Shown here piece by piece: positions 40,016-52,891 of a stretch of DNA of 64,000 nt. The DNA is taken from the NCBI RefSeq assembly GCF_006345805.1, contig NC_042999.1:186001-250000 (forward strand). Direction: 5' to 3'. This stretch comes from Octopus sinensis. Its lineage: Eukaryota. Positions within the stretch are counted from its first letter, which is position 1. Every line of letters begins with the position of its first letter. The notes beneath the pieces were generated by a model. It searched no databases, had not been told where the DNA came from, and saw only the letters and a program-made list of their open reading frames with translations. Position numbers and translations under genes: made by a program.

Positions 40016-40936
40016 AAGGCGTAGGAGTGGCTGTGTGGTAAGTAGCTTGCTTACGAACCACATGGTTCCGGGTTCAGTCCCACTGCGTGGCACCTTGGGC
40101 AAGTGTCTTCTACTATAGCCTCAGGCCGATCAAAGCCTTGTGAATGGATTTGGTAGACGGAAACTGAAAGAAACCTGTATGTATGTGTGTGTGTGTGTCT
40201 GTGTGTCTGCGTTTGTCCCCCCAACATCGCTTGACAACCGATGCTGCTGTGTTTACGTCCCGGTAACTTAGCGGTTCGACAAAAGAGAACGGTAGCACAA
40301 GTACTAGGCTTACAAAGAATAAGTCCTGGGGTAGATTTGCTCGACTAAAGGCGGTGCTCCAACATGGCCACAGTCAAATAACTGAAACAAGTAAAAGAGT
40401 AAAGGAGTAATAAATAATAGTTGTTGTTCTTTCTGGTGTTGCTGTTGTTTATTGCTATTTTCGTTGCTGTTTCGTTCTAGGTCGGGTTTTTATCAAATAG
40501 ATCTATGATAAAAAAAATATTCTTATCGTGATCGCACCATCTATTTCAGGGATATCCAAGACTGCATTACCCAACGTTTCGTTCCTATCTTTAAGATGTA
40601 ATTTGAGTGAAAATCTTTGTGCTACTACTAAGACTATGATCGACCGTGTAGAGGGTACCATATTAGTAATGATATCCTTATGGAAAATTGTAATGAAGGT
40701 CCTTTATCCAAAGAGAAAAAATATCAACATGTCCTTACTCTCTTTTACTCTTTCACTTGTTTCAGACTGTGGCTATGCTGGAGCACCGCCTTTAGTCGAG
40801 CAAATCGACCTCAGGACTTATTCTTTGTAAGCCTAGTACTTATTCTATCGGTCCCTTTTGCCGAACCGTTAAGGTACGGGGACGTAAACACACCAGCATC
40901 GGTTGTCAAGCGATGTGGGGGGGGGAACCAGGCACA

Positions 40937-40998
<62 letters not shown>

Positions 40999-41166
40999 CA
41001 CGACGAGCTTCTTTCAGTTTCCGTCTACCAAATCCACTCACAAGGCTTTGGTCAGCCCAAGGCTATAGTAGAAAACGCTTGCTGAAGGTGCCACGCAGTG
41101 AAACTGAACCCGGAACTATGTGGTTCGTAAGCAAGCTACTTACCACACAGCCACTTTTGTGCCTAT
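40016..41166. mobile_element. Two convergent group A SINEs: 40016-40409 (+) and 40736-41166 (-)
   Basis: Full-length copies in opposite orientation about 330 bp apart. Confidence 0.9.
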
Positions 41167-41859
41167 AGCTATGGGAAACTTTTGTTTGATTTCTTTCGGA
41201 ACAATAATTTTATGTATTTATTAACTATTATTAATTATTTATAAATAACAATAACAGGTATAAAACATTGGAGTAAACTGAAATTCTCTCTCTCTCTCGC
41301 TCTAACAATGAAAAGAGATAAGACAGAATAAAAAGCATACTGCGCAGTGTACCTTTCATTATATCGGAGAAACAGTTACAATATATCGACTCACAACACA
41401 ACTTTATGTATCCCCACTTGAAACGGTATATGACAGAATTACAACTTCAGATTGAATAAAAAAAAAATATCGATACCGTATCACTTTAACAATAATCTCC
41501 AGACAATTTTACAAGTTTGGAAGTATGGCAAACAAAGTGATCAGAACAGCCTTATAGAAGGTTACCGTTTTTAGCTATGAAGAAAAGTGTTTTTTCGAGA
41601 TTGTCGGTAAAATGAAACTCTCAAACACTTCCTGCAAGCCACTACAGGTCAGTTAGAGGGGTAGGAGGAGGAGGAGTGGAATTGGTAAAACGGTAAGGAT
41701 GGCGTGAAGTATTGATTTTATCTTATTTTATGATTTCTGATGAGCCGTCTGTTTCGCCTTGAAGTCATTCTGCTCGAGTGGCTCAAACAGAACCGAGTTG
41801 TAATCACATCCACACATAATTATAAACGGATATATACGTACACTTACGAACACACACCC

Positions 41860-42763
41860 ACGCTCGTTCCTACACACACAAACACACAGAAATCCACACA
41901 CAGACACACACACACATATATACACGTACAAACACACATACAATTAAATATATACATAGATACGCACACACATATAAATATGTTCAGATCTCTCCCTCTC
42001 TCTCTCTCTGTTAATATATATATATATATTGCTGCACTATTATACACACACATACATACATATATATATATACACATATGTATATATATATATATACATA
42101 TGTATATATATACATATATGTATATGTATGTATAAATATATTTATATATATGTATGTATATGTATATACATATATATATTTATGTATGTATATATATATG
42201 CATGTTTGTATATATGTGTATATATACATGTGCATATATATATGTTCATATATACATATGTATATGTATATGTATATGTATGCATATCTATCTATCAATG
42301 TATATATATATTTATATGTATATATGTAGATATCCCTACACACTGATGTATGTTGTGTGTGCATGTGTGGGCTTGTGTGAGTGTGCCTGCCTACCAAGAT
42401 GTGAATCTGTGTATGCGTGTTGCATACCCCTGGAGATAGAAGGAACGAAATTGATTGGGAGATTACGAAAAAGAGAAAGACGAATAAAAGAAAGAAAGCA
42501 AAAAGGAAAAGAAAGGAAAGAAAATAGGAAATCAGTTAAAGAAGATGGAATTGGTGAATATCAGAGGGAGAAGTGAGAGAAAGAGATAGAGAGAGTAAGG
42601 AGGGAGGGAGAGGGGGAAGAGATGGAGAAAGAGGGAGATGAGCAGGGAAAATGACAGCCGTGATTACAAGTACGAATGCACTTTGTCTCTTGTGCCGTAT
42701 CAGCCTGGATGTGTGAATAAGCACATTACCTGTCCGTGCGTGCGCGTATATATATACACACAT

Positions 42764-42855
<92 letters not shown>

Positions 42856-42860
42856 ATATA

Positions 42861-42894
<34 letters not shown>

Positions 42895-43277
42895 CATACA
42901 TACATGCATATATATATATACATGCATGCATATATATATATTATATATATGTATGTATGTATGTATAGTATACGCATTGCCTCTTGTAAGTTAGAAACAG
43001 CTTTTAAACAGCTTTTGTATTAGAAACAATCTTTTGGGCTACATTGTACACAGAGAAATGTATATAATTTTACCTAAATACAAGCATACATCCACGCACT
43101 CACACACACAAGCATACAGACATGTACTCGCACACACACTTGCATGTATATATATGTGTATATATGTGTATATATATGTGTATATATATACGTATATATA
43201 TATATAATATATATATATATATATGTATATATGTATATATACATATATATATATACATACATATATATAATACATAC

Positions 43278-43308
<31 letters not shown>

Positions 43309-43338
43309 CATGTATATATAGGTACATATATGTGTATA

Positions 43339-43400
<62 letters not shown>
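41860..43400. repeat. Long degenerate (TA)/(TG)/(CA) microsatellite field with purine-rich tracts
   Basis: Direct inspection; similar fields lie at about 19060-19620, 21100-21470, 22380-22700, 27590-27913, 34057-34190, 57085-57305 and 61850-62365. Confidence 0.95.
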
Positions 43401-43401
<1 letters not shown>

Positions 43402-43804
43402 AAAGTATGTATACGGTATTGACACACGCACATATATGATTTCTCTCTATCTCTTGCTCTCTTCCCTCTCTCTCTCTCTCTCACTTTCCCTTCTTTCTCC
43501 ACTCAATGCCTTACCATCTTTTCTCCCTCGGTGTCTCCCGTATTCCCCATCCTTTCTCTACCAATTTCTTTTCCTTCTCCTTTATACATTGCTACACATA
43601 TTTTTCTCTCCTACTCTCTCTTTATCTATCTCCCTTTTCTCCTCCATATTGTCGCAATTCCTTCCTATTATCTTCCCTTACTTTTATTTACTTCTCTCGT
43701 ACTCTCTATCTCACACCTTCCTGTCTTTGTGCTTTCAACTTAACTCTCTATACGTTTGTTATTCTACTGTTACAAAGAAAAAACTTATTTTTCTATCCTG
43801 TGTT

Positions 43805-43848
<44 letters not shown>

Positions 43849-44330
43849 CTCTCTTAACTTCTTCTCACTCTCATATCATCATTATGGATTTCTTCCTTAT
43901 CTTTTACACTCTCTTATCTCGATCACTACTTTACAACATTTTGTGTTACTTTATATCTTTCGTTGATATGACAGTAAACTTTTCTTTACATCACTTGAAA
44001 TCTCCCTTCCTCTGCTTTCATCTATGGCACACTAACACTCTCACAGCCTTCCCCTCATTTTCATTCATTCATTCATTCATTCATTCATTCATTCATTCAT
44101 TCAGTCATTCGTTCAATCCTTCGTTGGTTCGTTCATATTATTATTCTTTTTACCTGCCACACCTTTGTAAATCTCATATTCTTGATTTGTAACACACCTG
44201 TCATATTTTTCTGCGTTCCATTTTCACACATACGTGAAAGACAAAATACACACACACGTAAGTACACACACACACATATATATATGCATTTATGCGTCTA
44301 TATATTTGTATCTATATCATGTATGTATGG

Positions 44331-44365
<35 letters not shown>

Positions 44366-44384
44366 TATATATACATACATACAC

Positions 44385-44399
<15 letters not shown>

Positions 44400-44416
<17 letters not shown>

Positions 44417-44835
44417 CCACACACATATATATATATATGATACCTATTTCTTTACTACCCACAATGGGCTAAACACAGAGGGGACAAACAAGGAGAGACA
44501 CACGGATTAAGTCGATTATATCGACCCCAGTGCGTAACTGGTACTTACTTAATCGACCCCGAAAGGATGAAAGGCAAAGTCGAGATCGGTGGAATTTGAA
44601 CTCAGAACGTAGCGGCAGACGAAATACCGCTAAGCATTTCGACCAGTGTGCTAACGTTTCTGCCAGCTCGCCGCCTTATATATATGATACCATTGAGATG
44701 ATACCTCATAGCGTGCATTTCAAAGCTCCTATGTACATCATACAGCAGGACAACTAATAGCTGTTACCAATGCACAAAAACAATTGTTGTGACTTGTGAT
44801 TAAAATCTGTTCGCTCCATCTTGTTTTATAAATTG

Positions 44836-44904
<69 letters not shown>

Positions 44905-45304
44905 GATACCTATTTCTTTACTACCCACAATGGGCTAACACACAGAGGGGACAAACAAGGAGAGACACACGGATTAAGTCGATTATATCGACCCCAGTGC
45001 GTAACTGGTACTTACTTAATCGACCCCGAAAGGATGAAAGGCAAAGTCGAGATCGGTGGAATTTGAACTCAGAACGTAGCGGCAGACGAAATACCGCTAA
45101 GCATTTCGACCAGTGTGCTAACGTTTCTGCCAGCTCGCCGCCTTATATATATATGATACCATTGCGATGATACCTCATAGCGTGCATTTCAAAGCTCCTA
45201 TGTACATCATACAGCAGGACAACTAATAGCTGTTACCAATGCACAAAAACAATTGTTGTGACTTGTGATTAAAATCTGTTCGCTCCATCTTGTTTTATAA
45301 ATTG

Positions 45305-45335
<31 letters not shown>
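44400..45335. repeat. Tandem duplication of about 467 bp (SINE plus unique flank) with breakpoints in (CA)n(TA)n
   Basis: 44438-44839 is repeated at 44904-45308 with only a few differences. Confidence 0.93.
44445..44677 (-). mobile_element. SINE group B (duplicated at about 44911-45143)
   Basis: Full length; TSD TATATATGATACC. Confidence 0.9.
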
Positions 45336-45383
<48 letters not shown>

Positions 45384-45568
45384 CATTTTATTAATAATGC
45401 GGTTTTTCATACTTCTTTTATTTTTCAAAATTAAAATAAACAAAATCAGAAATATTAAATTTCTTAATATCTCATAGAGATATTTAGAAATTTAATATTT
45501 CTGATTTTGGTGATCAGTGAATAAACTTCACTGAAAATATATATATTTATGAAGTCTAGACAAATATC

Positions 45569-45650
45569 TTCAGCTAGCAGGCCTTGCTACCATAGACTGA
45601 TGATGGGCAAGACCCAGAAACATGCATGTCTCTAGATGCAGGCCTAGCTG
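45569..45650 (+). ncRNA. Canonical type I hammerhead ribozyme with extended helix I
   Basis: TAGA / CTGATGA / TGGG-CAAGA-CCCA / GAAA / CATGCATG / TC, cleavage after 45630 / TCTA. Outer pairing CAGCTAG..GGCCT with AGGCC..CTAGCTG. Confidence 0.88.
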
Positions 45651-46423
45651 TTGGGGGTGTTTGTCTCTCTTCGTAAATATATAAGGACACAGGAAATGAG
45701 TCAAGGCCGACAGGAAGCGTCGATGCTTCCTAGGGCTAAATAGCGGTTGGGTAATTCCCTTTACGGGACTTTCACGTTAAGTTGACAGTATACAACCAAA
45801 ATAAACAAAGCTCCTTTTTAATCTAAAATATATTCTCCTTCATTTTCTACAATGCTCTTCCATCTATCTGGTAGAGTTGCAAGACCTCTCTTGCCAGACA
45901 CTCACACACACACACATGGAAAAACATTTCTAGACAGTGAAAAGGCTGTATCGTTTCTTTCTTGTTTGTACAATTTTAAAATGTCCGATTCATAATTTCT
46001 AAATAGATGATCAGAACAATTCCTCTTCTTCAAATAGTTTATCGTATCGTAATATCGTCAAAAGGATCGCAGAAGGTCTGCAAAATATAAAAGGAATTCT
46101 CAATACTCTGTTCCAAAAACAATAGCATTTGAAGATAAAAAGGTTCCCTGATGCCACGTATACAGACTGTTAACGGATAGACATAGAAATTCGAATGAGG
46201 AAAATAATGGATCAATAATTCTTGTTTTGGTACGAAAGGTGAATAAGCGACATATATACTTTACGGTTGAGTGATTCACAATTCCGAGTTTAAAGTTTCG
46301 TTGAAATTGATTGTGATTCATAATAATTTTGCCAATAAAATAACCGTTATTAATATGCCACGTCGACCAAATCGTCTGTACTTTGGAGTGTTGGGAAATG
46401 TAATTGTCATTGGTATCAGGCCT

Positions 46424-46484
46424 GTTGCTATGGTAACGGATCTAAAGTACGCAGAGTGATGCTGCTTGGCACAGCTGACCTTGA
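46424..46484. promoter_or_regulatory. Candidate cis-regulatory cluster: RFX X-box, E-box and nuclear-receptor site
   Basis: GTTGCTATGGTAAC (46424-46437), CAGCTG (46472-46477) and TGACCTTGA (46476-46484) in non-repetitive DNA. Confidence 0.3.
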
Positions 46485-47177
46485 ACTCTGTTACGCACGC
46501 ATACTAAGTTATAACGTTCACTTCTGTTGTATATGTCAGTGATTGGAGAAAAGTGTGTAGAGTATGGCAGTCTCACCACACCATATAGGTTCAATCAGTG
46601 ACTATGGCAAAGAAAATAGTGTGCGCGTGTGTGAAAATAAGTGTGTGTTTGTGTGTTTGTGTGTGTGTGCGTGTGTCTGGGTGCGTTTGTGGAAAGAGAC
46701 ATTGATTAAAGTTTATTACGAACAGGAATCTTTCCCAAAATCAAATCCCACTCGATAGGAAGATTTTAAGATGCCCACGAAATCCAAAAAAATGCTTCGA
46801 GGTAGCTGCTCACTATCCTATAAGACGAGTTCCAGGAATGATTCCAACAATGGAAATGGCACTGAAGGGGAAGTGTGGATTGAGAAATGGTTTATGTCGA
46901 AGGAGATTAAAGACCGAATTGATATTTGTTGCAATTTTCGTTATCCATCGTCAGACTAACGGTCTTTGATCAGACCTCGTGAAGCTAGTGGAATAAATAG
47001 AAGGTCGTTAATACGAGGGTTTCAGCAATTGAAATAATATACATGTGTGTATGCTTGTGTGAGTTTGTGTGTGTATGTGTACTTATAAGATCGATTTGAA
47101 ATATCTATGCATCTAAAACTTACATATAATAGAGGTTTGTAGCGGAGCTAAGCAAATATGAATATTAAAAAACAAAT

Positions 47178-47433
47178 AAATGTGCCCTTTTTCAAAGCCT
47201 AGCCAGGCTCATGGGCCCGGTTTCCCGGTTTCTATGGCGTATGTGTTCTCCAGCTGGACGGGACGCCAGTCCATCGCAGCGTTACTCATTTTTGCCAGCT
47301 GAGTGGACTGGAGCAACGTGAAATGAAGTGTTTTGCTCAAGAACACAACGCATCGCCCTGGTCCAAGAATGGAAACCACAATCTTACTATCATGATGCTG
47401 ACACCCTAACCACTAAACCACGCGCCTTCACAA
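47178..47433 (-). mobile_element. Group C SINE, head C1 with V/Meta-like tail
   Basis: Reverse-complement match to 2648-2900. Confidence 0.85.
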
Positions 47434-47441
47434 GTGTGAAT

Positions 47442-47678
47442 ATTTGTTTCTTTATTACCCACAAGGGGCTAAACATAGAGGGGACAAACAAGGACAGATA
47501 CACTGATTAAGTCGATTACATCGACCCCAGTGTGTAATTGGTACTTAATTTATCGACCCCGAAAGGATGAAAGGCAAAGTTGACCCCGGCGATATTTGAA
47601 CTCAGAACGTAGCGGCAGACATAAAACGGCTACGCATTTCGCCCGGCGTGCAAACGATTATGCCAGCTCGCCGCCTTT
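47442..47678 (-). mobile_element. SINE group B inserted next to the head of a group C SINE
   Basis: TSD CACAAGTRTGAATATT. Confidence 0.88.
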
Positions 47679-48520
47679 CTCCACAAGTATGAATATTACT
47701 AACGAATATTTATGAAGGAACTACAAATAAATAACTTGAAACAATGATAAAGAAAAAAGAAAATAAAGGGAAAAAGAAAATAAGTGGAAAAGGTCGAAGA
47801 ATAAGAATCAACGCAATAACAAATGTTATAATAACGGGTTTGTTTAACATGACAAGAAAATCTGGGAAGCAGTGTAAGTAATGCTCGTAAAATTTATTGA
47901 TATTTACCACATATAAATAATGAATTAGAAAGTTCATAGTGCTCTTCTCTCTAACATCTCGTGCCAACAAACTATCTGAACGCTGTTCATATCCACAACG
48001 GTCTGATTCTGTGTTTAAATAATTCCCAGCTGAAAGAATTTTGCCTGCATTTGAACTGACTTCAATGATATAAGCGTTCTTAATATATGATAGGACGGAG
48101 GGAGGGGGAATGGTAAAGCATTGGACAAAATACCTTCAAGTAATTAGTTACGTCAGTGTGCGTTCTGAGATAAAATCTCAGCGCCGTTGGCTTTATTTAT
48201 GCTCCTTTGGGAATCGTTGAAATAACTACAAGGGCGATTTAATCAATTTCCTGGCTTTGTACCGAAGTTAGAAATCGATATATTAAGAATGCTTGAATCG
48301 ATTTCCAACAAAATTGTCCTTGCACCGTATTTGAAAGGAAGGTCTGTTTAGAAGCAACTTGTGGTAGTAGAATACAAATAACCGAGTGAAAGGGTGAGGT
48401 CGGTGGTTATATGAATGACTGGAGTTCGATTTCATTCGAAGCCATGTCATTTATTGGATTGTCAGATAAATTCTTTCGCTTTATCTTCCATTTGTTTTCA
48501 TCCTTTTTTTTTATCGATAA

Positions 48521-48816
48521 CTACCAGTATCGCCCGGCGTTGCTCGGGTTTGTAAGGGAAATAACTATATAAGCATTTTTAGAGAGTTACTTCCCTTATA
48601 TAATAGCAAAAAATGCATTAAAATGGAAAAAAATAATGGTAATTTTTTTTTAAATCGTAGACTCATTGTAGAAGCGCGCTAATACCCAGAAGGGCTCGAT
48701 ATGAATCACGACTATAAGATACCCGGTTTTGGTTACACTGCACCGAAAAATGTGGGAGTAGTTAGGAATCTAAATTGTAGGAGAAAGACATACAACTTGA
48801 CTTTTATATATAAAGA
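48521..48816 (-). mobile_element. Non-autonomous Helitron, copy 3 (296 bp), flanked by a 29/30-bp direct repeat
   Basis: Same termini, with CTAG mutated to CTAC on the plus strand; 48491-48520 matches 48817-48845 apart from one T in a homopolymer. Confidence 0.85.
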
Positions 48817-48954
48817 TTTGTTTTCATCCTTTTTTTTATCGATAATTTAAATAAATCACTTAATAATATTTCGGTTTTGGATAATGTTTGAACGATTCTT
48901 GGAGTGAATTTCAGTGTTGAAACAAATCTTGTGTCTTGGGAACGTTATTATACC

Positions 48955-49255
48955 TATTTCTTTACAACCCACAAGGGGCTAAACATAGAGGGGACAAACA
49001 ATGACAGACAGACGGATTAAGTCGATTACATCGACCCCAGTGCGTAACTGGTACTTAATTTATCGACCCCGAAAGGATGAAAGGCAAGGTCGACCTCGGC
49101 GGAATTTGAACTCAGTACGTAGCCACAGACGAAATGCCTATTTCTTTACTACCCACAAGGGGCTAAACACAGAGGGGACAAACAAGGGACAGACAGACGG
49201 ATTAAGTCGACTACATCGACCCCAGTGCGTAACTGGTACTTAATTTATTGACCCC
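48955..49255 (-). mobile_element. SINE group B dimer without head
   Basis: Two tails joined at GAAATGCC|TATTTC. Confidence 0.85.
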
Positions 49256-49425
49256 GAATACTGAATAGTATTTTTGATCAGATTAGTAATGTGATGATGG
49301 TGAGAATGGTGGAGAGCCTTGTCGTGTTAAACAAGCGTTCTGAGTTGCAGTTCGAGTCGTTTGGTCCTTAGCCGTCGAGTGAAGGTCACAGTCGACGCCA
49401 TCGTGAGAAAATCCCACTTGCTGGG

Positions 49426-49715
49426 TTAATCCGCAAGCGAATTGGTACGGATCACAGTAGATGAGCTCGTCAAATGATTCTCATTGAATTGAATTGAACA
49501 GGAACCTGGAAATTTTAAAAGTCGAAATTTTCCTCTTTCAAGACTGGAAACCATTTCTCTGCTGTTCTTTTCGTAATCGCTTAATCTCGCCTTATCTCTG
49601 CTGAACAGAAAATACCGAGGCTTTGACAGCTTTGGAACCTTGACTGAAAGCGAACGGAAGTGCGTTTTGAAAATGTTCATTTTTCTCCTATTTGACATTC
49701 CATTATCCGATGTCT
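49426..49715 (-). CDS. Candidate terminal coding exon of an unidentified host gene (95 codons plus stop)
   Basis: Strong acceptor TTTTTACCTCTTTGCAG, then phase-0 frame TSDNGMSNRRKMNIFKTHFRSLSV...IRTNSLAD*; non-repetitive; no homolog recognised. Confidence 0.3.
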
Positions 49716-51304
49716 GCAAAGAGGTAAAAATTATTCAAATTTCAAAAACGATAAACAAAAGTTGACGAGGAAGAAAAGAATTACTAAAAATAATAAAAAA
49801 AAGAATTAAAAGAAAAACAGAAAAACACTAAGATAAAAATATTTACGTGTTAATTCAAATAACATCGAAAAAAACAAAAAACTTACGAATTTGTCTGACA
49901 ACTCAACACTAATCTTACACGTACCTTCTAGCTATGATGTGGCAGGCTTTCACAGCAACGTAATCTTCCAACGAGGCAGCTTAAGGATGGTTGCGAAATA
50001 CTTAAAAAGCAGTAAGAAATTCTATACCATTTATGCGATTACAGTGTAATTAACTGAAGAGATTTATTGCCTCAACAATTCTGCCTCTAGTACATCTTTC
50101 AATATCTCCAGACAAAAAACAGCGAAGAATCACAGGACATTTAAAACCGAATGAGAGATAGTTTTTTTTATTCTCACACTGACATGGAGATATGCTGTGG
50201 ACTGCGTTCAATTTTTAGTGCATCATTATCGATCTTAAAAAACATTGCTTCCTTCTTCTCGAACCACTAAGTTAGAATGTATAAGATGCCTCAACATAAA
50301 ACGATTCAGTTTTTTGACACCAGTGCACATATAGGCACAAATATTGTCGTATGCACACACAGTCATACATACTTACCACACTCTCTCTCTGTCTCTAAGA
50401 TAAGTATTTATTTATATTTAAGATATTCAAATTGTAAATTTTAATATTGTATAAGTCTTTGGTGTAAGAATATTTTCCTTATGTAAATATCGTTGTTTAT
50501 GTAATGATCTAATTATTGTAATTTTCTATAATTAGATATTATACTTAAGTTTATTCGTAAGATACTACATAGCGATAGATTTGTTATTTGATAGCAAGCA
50601 TACGAGTATTAAGTTAGGATTTTGTATATACATGTTTTAATAGTATTAATTGTAGCTTTAAATTTATAATTAAATTAGATAAACTTTGATAAACTTAGAT
50701 ATGTTTCGACTAAAGATTGGTCCAGGCCATGTCTAATTTAATAGCATAACTTAGTTATTTCTTTAAATTGATATTCGCTAGTTATTCCCATTGATAATTA
50801 TATTTATAGTATTAATAGTATTTATTCGATACTATATTACTACTAATTGATTATTTCTATAAGTATTTTACATAAGATTTCCGAAAGTTCGCTTAAGTTT
50901 GTTTATTTCTACTTTGAAATTAGCTATTTCATCTTTAAATATGAAAAATTAATTTATTAGGTTTTTATTATATGTGCATATATATTTATTAATAGAGATT
51001 ATTTTAGATCTTAATATTTATATACATTTATATATTTTCATTGATAATTTATATATAATAGTCATTTTTAAATATTTATGTAATTAGATATAGATTATTA
51101 CCGATATTAGATTATTGATGGGTTTCCTACCTTATAAATTGAAATTGATATTTAACATTATAGTCGATTTTGATATAATCATAATTGTTAAGTTTTATGT
51201 TTCTAGTTTGATAATAGAGTTTATTATAAGTAAAATTATTATATTATTTATATCTTAAAAATATTGTTTAAATATTTCTGATTATATTTTAGATATTTCA
51301 ATTA

Positions 51305-51371
51305 ACCTGAAGATTGACTGTAACCATAACTCGAATTATTACGAATTATACAGCCATGAAACGATCGTAGT
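51305..51371 (+). ncRNA. Degenerate hammerhead-like motif with long helix II
   Basis: CTGAAGA / TTGACTGTA...TACAGCCAT / GAAA / CGATCG / TA; helix I only 2 bp. Confidence 0.5.
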
Positions 51372-51742
51372 GTTTTACTCTTTATCTTTTATTAAACTTT
51401 TAATACTTTTGATATATATTTAAAATAATATAAATTTATTAATTTTATGTATTGGCTTATGTTTTTCATTGTTTGATTTGCCTAATAGTGGTTTTATCTC
51501 TAATTTAATATAATATAATATAATATAATATATTTATACTATAAAATTGGATTTAATCCTAAATCTGATTTTTCCCTGTAAGTTTGGATTTATTCCCTAA
51601 TATTTTATTATATATATATATATATATATACTGTGATGTTGTTGACAAAACATATTCTTTATCTGTTTTCTTATCCTCTTGGAGATTTGGGGTAAAATTA
51701 TACAAATGTGACCCTCTAATTTAATTAAATTCTATGACTTTG

Positions 51743-51841
51743 TGCAGCTGATATTGCTCTACTGCTCTACATTTTAAATTGATGTAATGAAATTATTGCA
51801 TTGTACAATTTAATGGAGTTGCATGAAACGATCGTACTGCA
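51743..51841 (+). ncRNA. Degenerate hammerhead-like motif, same family as 22140
   Basis: TGCAG / CTGAT-A (core lacks G8) / TGC...GCAT / GAAA / CGATCG / TA / CTGCA; followed by the shared CTTGTTGCTTATTTTGA and then (TA)n. Confidence 0.55.
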
Positions 51842-51872
51842 ATGCCTCTGGATATCCTTGTTGCTTATTTTG

Positions 51873-51927
<55 letters not shown>

Positions 51928-51969
51928 CATATATATATAAATGCATACACGCATATATATATATATATA

Positions 51970-52186
51970 TCGGTTTCAATTTCTGGCGCAAGGCCAGCAA
52001 TTTTGGGTGTGTGACTAAGTCGATTGTATCGACCCCAGTGCACAACTGGTACTTATTTTATCGATCTCGAAAGGATGAAAGGCAAAGCCGACCTTGGCGG
52101 AATTTAAACTCAGAACATAAAGATGGATGTAATGCCGTTAGACATTTTGCCTGGCGTGCTAACGATTCTGCCAGCTCTCCGCCTTA
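51970..52186 (-). mobile_element. SINE group B with alternative tail
   Basis: Head and core present; minus-strand tail GCTGGCCTTGCGCCAGAAATTGAAACC. Confidence 0.82.
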
Positions 52187-52236
52187 CACACACTAGTCAA
52201 AGTCCGCCAAACAAATTCCATTGACATATTATTACG

Positions 52237-52618
52237 TGGAACTCCGTCGGGTACGATGACGAGGGTTCCAGTTGATCCGATCACCGGAACAGCCTGCTCG
52301 TGAAATTAACGAGCAAGTGGCTGAGAACTCCACAGACACGTGTACCCTTAATGTAGTTCTCGGGAAGATTCAGCGTGACACAGTATGTGACAAGGCTGGC
52401 CCGTTGAAATACAGGTATAACAGAAACAGAAAGAAAGTGTGAGAGAAAGTTGTGGTGAAAGAGTACAGCAGTTTTCACCTCCCCCCTCTTGCGGGAGCCT
52501 CGTGGAACTTTCGATGTTTTCGCTCAATAAAGACTCACAACGCCCGGTCTAGGAATCGAAACCGTGATCCTACGACCGCGAGTCCGCTGCCCTAACCACT
52601 GTGCCATTTCGCCTCCAC
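52237..52618 (-). mobile_element. Group C SINE, tRNA-Arg-like head C2 with tail T
   Basis: Minus strand GTGGTTAGGGCAGCGGACTCGCGGTCGTAGGATCACGGTTTCGATTCC; tail shared with 1621 and 7408. Confidence 0.82.
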
Positions 52619-52661
52619 GATATTTTATTAGTCAACCGAAGAGTGTAATAGAATATATATG

Positions 52662-52891
52662 TTTCTTTATTACCCACAAGGGGCTAAACATAGAGGGGAG
52701 AAACAAGGACAGACAAACGGATTAAGTCGATTACATCGACCCCAGTGTGTAACTGGTACTTAATTTATCGACCTCGAAAGGATGAAAGGCAAAGTCGCCC
52801 TCGGCGGAATTTGAACTCAGAACGTAACGGCAGACGAAATACGGCTACGCATTTCGCCCGGCGTGCTAACGGTTCTGCCAGCTCGCCGCCT
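52662..52891 (-). mobile_element. SINE group B, full length
   Basis: Head, core and tail present; degenerate TSD of about 24 bp. Confidence 0.9.

Noticed and set aside
43436-44192. 176-aa Leu/Ser/Phe-rich ORF in a pyrimidine tract
   Set aside because: Compositional artefact of (CT)n-rich and (TTCA)n low-complexity DNA.
50400-51300. NUMT interpretation of the AT-rich block
   Set aside because: No mitochondrial rRNA, tRNA or protein motifs were recognised; cannot be fully excluded without BLAST.
52540-52618. tRNA-like sequences here and at 54100-54177 and other SINE heads
   Set aside because: They are SINE heads continuous with SINE bodies and lack a proper acceptor stem, so they are not called as tRNA genes.
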